Source: Candidatus Omnitrophota bacterium
GTDB taxonomy: Bacteria > Omnitrophota > Gorgyraeia > JABMRN01 > RBG-13-46-9
Reading direction: 5' to 3'
DNA length: 29,626 nt
Assembly (NCBI GenBank): GCA_013203315.1
Contig: JABMQJ010000010.1
Location: 1-29,626 of the forward strand
Shown here: piece by piece, positions 25,625-29,626 of the stretch
Layout: each line of letters opens with the position of its first letter
Position numbering within the stretch: position 1 is the stretch's first letter
The notes under the pieces: generated by a model
What the model was told of the DNA's origin: nothing
What the model saw: only the letters and a program-made list of their open reading frames with translations
Databases searched by the model: none
Program-made: the position numbers and the translations under genes

Positions 25625-26395
25625 CTATTTATTCTTTAATACAAAAACAGGCTGAGGTCCTGCACCAGTACCATAATCTTTGTCTAGCATATAATCATTA
25701 TATCCAAACGAATCTACGACTTCCCATGTTGCCAACAATAACGGTAGTCTGATTCTTCCATATCTTCTATGCACATTCCAAACCACAGCATCCGCTCCAA
25801 CAGGAACTGCTAAAAAAAATATCCCATTTGGTTTAAGAATATATTTCATCTTTTTCATTGCTTCTAAATCACCTGCAGGATTTAGCGTGTCGCCATATCT
25901 ACCTAACTCATCATGCTCAAAAGAAGAAATTGAAAAAGCTACATCGTATCTTTCGCTATTTCTATTATACTCTTCAACAGTTAATGCTTTTACCCGCGTA
26001 TCCTGTACAATAATTCTATTATATTCTATTATCGTTGGCTTTCCGCCATAAGCCAGACAAATACTTTCATATCTGATCTCATCAGAACCCATTACCGCAA
26101 CTTTTTTTGCTTGAATATTGTATTTTTCTAAAGCCTGATAAAGCCAAGAATCTGTTATGCCATAACAAAATGTCTTTTTTCTTTTAACCTCTTCTATGCA
26201 TGAATCAATCTGCTCCTTTGTATAGATTAAAGGGTTATCCGGGGTATAAGAGTCGTCTCGATATTCATATTCAACTTTGATTTTGCCATTTAATGTATAT
26301 CCATTATACAAACTTATAGGGTTTTTTTTAGGTGGTTTTTTCTTTTGCAATTTCTCAACTCCATTATTTTTTTTACATACTCTGTAAATTATCAC
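25625..26395 (-). CDS. DUF268-like (methyltransferase-fold) protein; start uncertain
   Basis: VMGS...YE, FSISSFEHDELGRYGDTLNPAGDL, LKPNG..FLAVPVG.D...WNVHRRYG motifs. Confidence 0.75.
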   Translation of the reverse strand: MIIYRVCKKNNGVEKLQKKKPPKKNPISLYNGYTLNGKIKVEYEYRDDSYTPDNPLIYTKEQIDSCIEEVKRKKTFCYGITDSWLYQALEKYNIQAKKVAVMGSDEIRYESICLAYGGKPTIIEYNRIIVQDTRVKALTVEEYNRNSERYDVAFSISSFEHDELGRYGDTLNPAGDLEAMKKMKYILKPNGIFFLAVPVGADAVVWNVHRRYGRIRLPLLLATWEVVDSFGYNDYMLDKDYGTGAGPQPVFVLKNK

Positions 26396-26425
26396 CTTTA
26401 AATAAAATATGGAACGTAACTATAC

Positions 26426-26593
26426 TGGCGGAGAGGCAGGGATTCGTTTATGTGTGTTTTCGTAACTCTCCGTCGGACAATAGGTTATAACAGAAGTCTT
26501 TTATTGTCAAGCAATTAAGGATTCTATAGTTTTTCTAATTTTATCTCGGTTTGGTTCAAATATTCCCCTTGATTGGTCCCCAAATGGTCCCCA
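26426..26593 (-). repeat. 168-bp junction element R1 (att-like: tRNA-Ser 3' end + arm)
   Basis: TGGCGGAGAGGCAGGGATTCG at 26426; CTCTCCGTC at +40; AGGTTA at +56; TGTCAA at +79; TGGTCCCCA at +148 and +159. Confidence 0.9.
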
Positions 26594-26790
26594 TTGATAT
26601 ATGTTGCATAGGAAGATCTGCCTTTTCTTTGTCTTCTTTTGAGCCATTTTTCTATCAGGTGAACATCAAATCTTATGCTACTACCTATCTTAAAGTGTAG
26701 CACATAACCGTAATGAACCTACTTATAAACTGTGGAGAGCTTGGCTTGAAGCAAATCACTCAGTTGTTTGGGTATTAGTAATCTGTTCAT
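26524..26790 (-). pseudogene. Excisionase-like (HTH_17/Xis) gene with in-frame TAG
   Basis: Hand translation: MNRLLIPKQLSDLLQAKLSTVYK*VHYGYVLHFKIGSSIRFDVHLIEKWLKRR...; TAG at 26721-26719 lies at the usual Trp of the TVYxW motif. Not in the ORF track. Confidence 0.8.
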
Positions 26791-26891
26791 TTTATAGCCA
26801 TTTTATCCATTGGTAACACTTACCGTAGCTACCCTTAGAAAATATGCTCTGGAGCTAGCTGAACATCTATCATTTTATTGCCATTCGAGTA

Positions 26892-27710
26892 TTAAAGAAG
26901 CATTGTTTTACTCATGTCTCTAAAATAATCAAGCTTAAGTTCAAAATATGGATAAATGATATAGTCCTTAATTAATGGCTTTTTAGGCATTTGCTCTATA
27001 GCTTTTTTATCCCACGATTCCGGGTTAAGGTTCCATTTTTTCAGAAAAAGTTCTTTCGAAATCCAATGGAATTGCATAGATTCCATATGACTCTTATCCT
27101 TCCTGGTAGCTCCGGGTAATTGATCTTCTCTTATAGGTATATTTACTTCCGGGTTATGCAATCGGCCATGGTGCCCGTCATTTATCGACGAATATTCCTT
27201 GTTATGAAGAAACTGCCTCAAAAAGTAATCCGCCTCCTGGTAACCTATACCGCAAAACCTTTCATCCCAAAGACCAACTCGATCTATTGCCGATGGTTTA
27301 TAACTATGGAATGCATCTCCCGCGCCGAAGGAAATAAAGGAATATTTCTTATGTAAAGAAATTATATTTTTGACCCAATCCGTTTTAAAAAGAACGTCAT
27401 CTTGTGTGCAAATTAATAAATCACAATCTGCTTTTTTTATGTCTTTAAAACCATTGATAATAGCCTGATTCCAGTTTCTCGAAAGATGCCCTGTCGAGAA
27501 ATCCGGCCGCAAAACATTATTATATATCTCTATGTTGCGATTTGAAGTATTCAACTCATTTTGCATATTTCCCTTACCGATCGTACCACAATTGTTTATG
27601 ATATTTATCTGATAATTGTATTTGATTAAATCGCTTCTCAAAAGACTATTAATATTTTCGAACAACTTTTTGCGATTCTTATATGTTGTGATAAATATTT
27701 TTATCTTCAT
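26892..27710 (-). CDS. GT-A fold glycosyltransferase (GT2-like)
   Basis: IFITTYKN, LSRNWNQAI, TQDD (DxD-like), VGLWDERF..GYQEADY motifs; AAGGAG RBS. Confidence 0.8.
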   Translation of the reverse strand: MKIKIFITTYKNRKKLFENINSLLRSDLIKYNYQINIINNCGTIGKGNMQNELNTSNRNIEIYNNVLRPDFSTGHLSRNWNQAIINGFKDIKKADCDLLICTQDDVLFKTDWVKNIISLHKKYSFISFGAGDAFHSYKPSAIDRVGLWDERFCGIGYQEADYFLRQFLHNKEYSSINDGHHGRLHNPEVNIPIREDQLPGATRKDKSHMESMQFHWISKELFLKKWNLNPESWDKKAIEQMPKKPLIKDYIIYPYFELKLDYFRDMSKTMLL

Positions 27711-27887
27711 ATCCGAATAACTCCTTTATTTTGTTGACTGTTAAGACCTGATCATTATCATTTTACAACCTTGATTTTGTTGATGGGGGTAATAATTGGT
27801 TCGAACTTTATTTTAAAAGAGAGCCGATTGATTTTCGCGACGGAAGTTAACCTCCGTCATTATTTAAAATACGCTCCGTATCAAGTA

Positions 27888-28055
27888 TGGCGGAGAGGCA
27901 GGGATTCTTTTATGTGTGTTTTCGTAACTCTCCGTCGGATAATAGGTTATAACATAACTGCTTTGTTGTCAAGGAATTAGCGATTCCATACAGTTTCGTT
28001 TCTTTTCGTCTGTTTTCGTCCTTATTCGCTTTAGATGGTCCCAGAATGGTCCCAA
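27888..28055 (-). repeat. 168-bp junction element R2
   Basis: TGGCGGAGAGGCAGGGATTC at 27888; same landmarks at +40, +56 and +79; TGGTCCCA at +148 and +159. Confidence 0.9.
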
Positions 28056-28062
28056 AAAAGGT

Positions 28063-28170
28063 TTACTTCTTGCACTTGCAATAAGTATCGTGCATGCATT
28101 TTACAAAAGTTTTAACAATTGCAAAAATAACTATCAATAATGCTATTTGTCCAAATAATCCCCAACTCAT
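28063..28170 (-). CDS. 35-aa single-TM small protein
   Basis: MSWGLFGQIALLIVIFAIVKTFVKCMHDTYCKCKK preceded by AAGGAGGT-aaat-ATG. Confidence 0.65.
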   Translation of the reverse strand: MSWGLFGQIALLIVIFAIVKTFVKCMHDTYCKCKK

Positions 28171-28339
28171 ATTTACCTCCTTTTTGTCGCCTTTTATGGG
28201 CACCGTTTTGGCGCTAAATTCAAGGGGTAACGGGGCCAACCTGCTTGGCGCCACCCTGCTATATCGTAGGGTGACACTTTTTAGGACAGTCCTTTGCTTC
28301 TCAACATAGCGTTATCGATGAAAGATCTTATCCACAGCG

Positions 28340-29242
28340 TTACTTAGTAGCTGTAAAAAAAATCCAGTTAAGATGATTGTCACCTGGGCCAACGGGCCTT
28401 ATCCAGTATTCGAAGTCCCTAAACCTTATCTCCTCGAGATCTTTTTTTAATTGTTCTGGATTCTCTACTCTGGTGTCACATGCTTTATTAGTTTGTAATG
28501 CCGCATAGCAATTCTCATAGTAGCCAACAGTAGCCGGGCACTTCTCGCCATACCCCATTTGAATCGATATTCTTCCGCCATTCTTCAACGATCGATACAT
28601 GGACTCAAATATACTATATCTGGTCTCCCAGACACATATATGTTGCATAGTAATTGAAGAGAAAATAAAATCATAATAATCAGCTAGGACATCGCCAAGA
28701 TTCTTTCCGGATGTAACATAAAAACGCGACTCTTTAGTAAAATTGTGATAGGCGAAGTTTTTCTTTGCATTCATGATGCCTTCGGAAGATATATCAGCCC
28801 CATCTATCCTCTTAAAGGACTTATTATATTTAATAATGTTTCTTCCAGGCCCACATCCGAAATCCAAGGCTGTTTTTTCCTTATATCCGTCATCTATATA
28901 TTTCATCATATAATCATCATAATCAGCCCATTTATTATGTAGATCATATGACCCTACAACAGTGTCCTTTTTTACTGATCTGTAATAATCTGCAATCTTG
29001 TAGTGGTAACGATAATATAACTTTTGCGCATATGCATACCTGTCCTTTCTCTTAAGGCTATAATAGACCAATATATCCCATATGGATCTTCTTGAATTCA
29101 AAAATACAGACCTACCTAAGTTCGAGTAGACATTTCTTATGCCTTTGATTTTTTTAACTGCTTCATAAAGCGGCCTTATCTTTTTCAAATTGTTAATTAC
29201 TGAACTGGGTAGTATCGAGTATAACTTCTTGATCATTTTCAA
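28340..29242 (-). CDS. Class I SAM-dependent methyltransferase
   Basis: ALDFGCGPGR, GADIS, YDFIFSSITMQHI and LKNGG motifs; start at 29242 (TTG) or 29236 (ATG). Confidence 0.88.
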   Translation of the reverse strand: MKMIKKLYSILPSSVINNLKKIRPLYEAVKKIKGIRNVYSNLGRSVFLNSRRSIWDILVYYSLKRKDRYAYAQKLYYRYHYKIADYYRSVKKDTVVGSYDLHNKWADYDDYMMKYIDDGYKEKTALDFGCGPGRNIIKYNKSFKRIDGADISSEGIMNAKKNFAYHNFTKESRFYVTSGKNLGDVLADYYDFIFSSITMQHICVWETRYSIFESMYRSLKNGGRISIQMGYGEKCPATVGYYENCYAALQTNKACDTRVENPEQLKKDLEEIRFRDFEYWIRPVGPGDNHLNWIFFTATK

Positions 29243-29329
29243 ATATCCTTTGCCTATTTCGGTTTACCATCCAAAGAATATCTATTCTTGCCTATTCTAA
29301 CCTGCTTAGATTTGTCAGGTTAAATGAAC

Positions 29330-29497
29330 TGGCGGAGAGGCAGGGAGTCTTCTATGTGTATTTCCGCAACTCTCCGTCGAATAACAGGTTACAGCATAAG
29401 TCTTTTAATGTCAAGGAATTAAGCTGTGCGGATGTTTACATTTGGTTACATTTGTATGCAGATGTTACTGCATTGGGTGGGCATCATTTGGGCATCA
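29330..29497 (-). repeat. 168-bp junction element R3
   Basis: TGGCGGAGAGGCAGGGAGTC at 29330; same landmarks at +40, +56 and +79; TGGGCATCA at +148 and +159. Confidence 0.9.
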
Positions 29498-29501
29498 AAC
29501 G

Positions 29502-29626
29502 CTATGTTTTTGAAAGGATTTTTTTGTATACGGCAATATAGTTTTCGGCCATTTTTTCTCTGGAATAATTTTCTTCTATGTGCTTGCGGCAATTTTGGGG
29601 TTTTATTTTATCTATATTCTTTGTCG
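29502..29626 (-). CDS. C-terminus of a probable GT4 glycosyltransferase (5' part outside window)
   Basis: Hand translation TKNIDKIKPQNCRKHIEENYSREKMAENYIAVYKKILSKT* matches the typical GT4 terminal helix pattern (CR...E..[FY]S...M...Y...Y). Confidence 0.65.
   Translation of the reverse strand, partial: TKNIDKIKPQNCRKHIEENYSREKMAENYIAVYKKILSKT

Noticed and set aside
769-26446. Whole interval as one island bounded by tRNA-Ser(GCT) and repeat R1
   Set aside because: The tRNA end (TGGCGGAGAGGGAGGGATTTG) differs from R1 (TGGCGGAGAGGCAGGGATTCG) at two positions shared by the repeats. The repeats lie upstream of this tRNA rather than downstream, and the interval holds housekeeping genes. They match another Ser isoacceptor.
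26719-26721. TAG recoding or readthrough in xis
   Set aside because: Other genes here use TAG as a normal stop (for example pilB, the dehydrogenase and the GT4 tail); a nonsense mutation is simpler.
27771-27980. Short plus-strand ORFs across the junction elements (also 29356-29541)
   Set aside because: They simply translate the tRNA fragment and repeat (WRRGRDS); no RBS, and the frame is not conserved among copies.
28328-28336. Perfect DnaA box TTATCCACA
   Set aside because: Single copy with no cluster or origin context; plausible by chance in AT-rich DNA.
26426-29497. Repeats as a CRISPR array or as intact tRNA genes
   Set aside because: Spacing is about 1.45 kb with whole genes between copies and no cas genes. 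The D and anticodon arms are absent.
26426-29497. Classical integron attC sites
   Set aside because: No RYYYAAC...GTTRRRY-bounded long palindrome is evident; the element instead has a tRNA core and direct-repeat arms.

Overview
Bacterial window, almost all genes on the minus strand. The gene style is compatible with a PVC/Omnitrophota-like organism, but that is a weak inference. Left edge: the C-terminal part of a large serine recombinase reads antisense through tRNA-Ser(GCT), marking the edge of an integrated element. 769-5312: a tightly packed unit of radical SAM, trxB, a small Cys-rich protein, feoA, feoB, tRNA-Arg(ACG), tadA and tRNA-Ser. 5454-19127: a type IV pilus/T2SS-like cluster (pilin, PilC, PilB, secretin, PilO, PilM/N fusion, GAF-HD-GYP, minor pilins, and an 898-aa pilin-beta-helix protein). 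19232-23946: an APC permease-PTS IIA fusion, a nucleotidyltransferase-CysC fusion, a Zn dehydrogenase and lsrF. From about 24150 to the end lies an AT-rich accessory region holding the most notable signal: a tandem array of 1.0-1.5 kb cassettes of glycan-modification genes (methyltransferases, DUF268-like, GT2, GT4). The cassettes are separated by a 168-bp element with three full copies and one partial copy. Each full copy has, at identical offsets, a tRNA-Ser 3' end, an inverted copy of the acceptor stem, a TTGACA-N17-TAACCT promoter/IHF-like box, a variable zone with 10-bp periodicity (clear in two full copies and the partial copy) and a 9-bp direct-repeat pair. An excisionase pseudogene abuts one copy. 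This looks like an integron-like, tRNA-anchored cassette accretion system; no cognate integrase is visible in the window.
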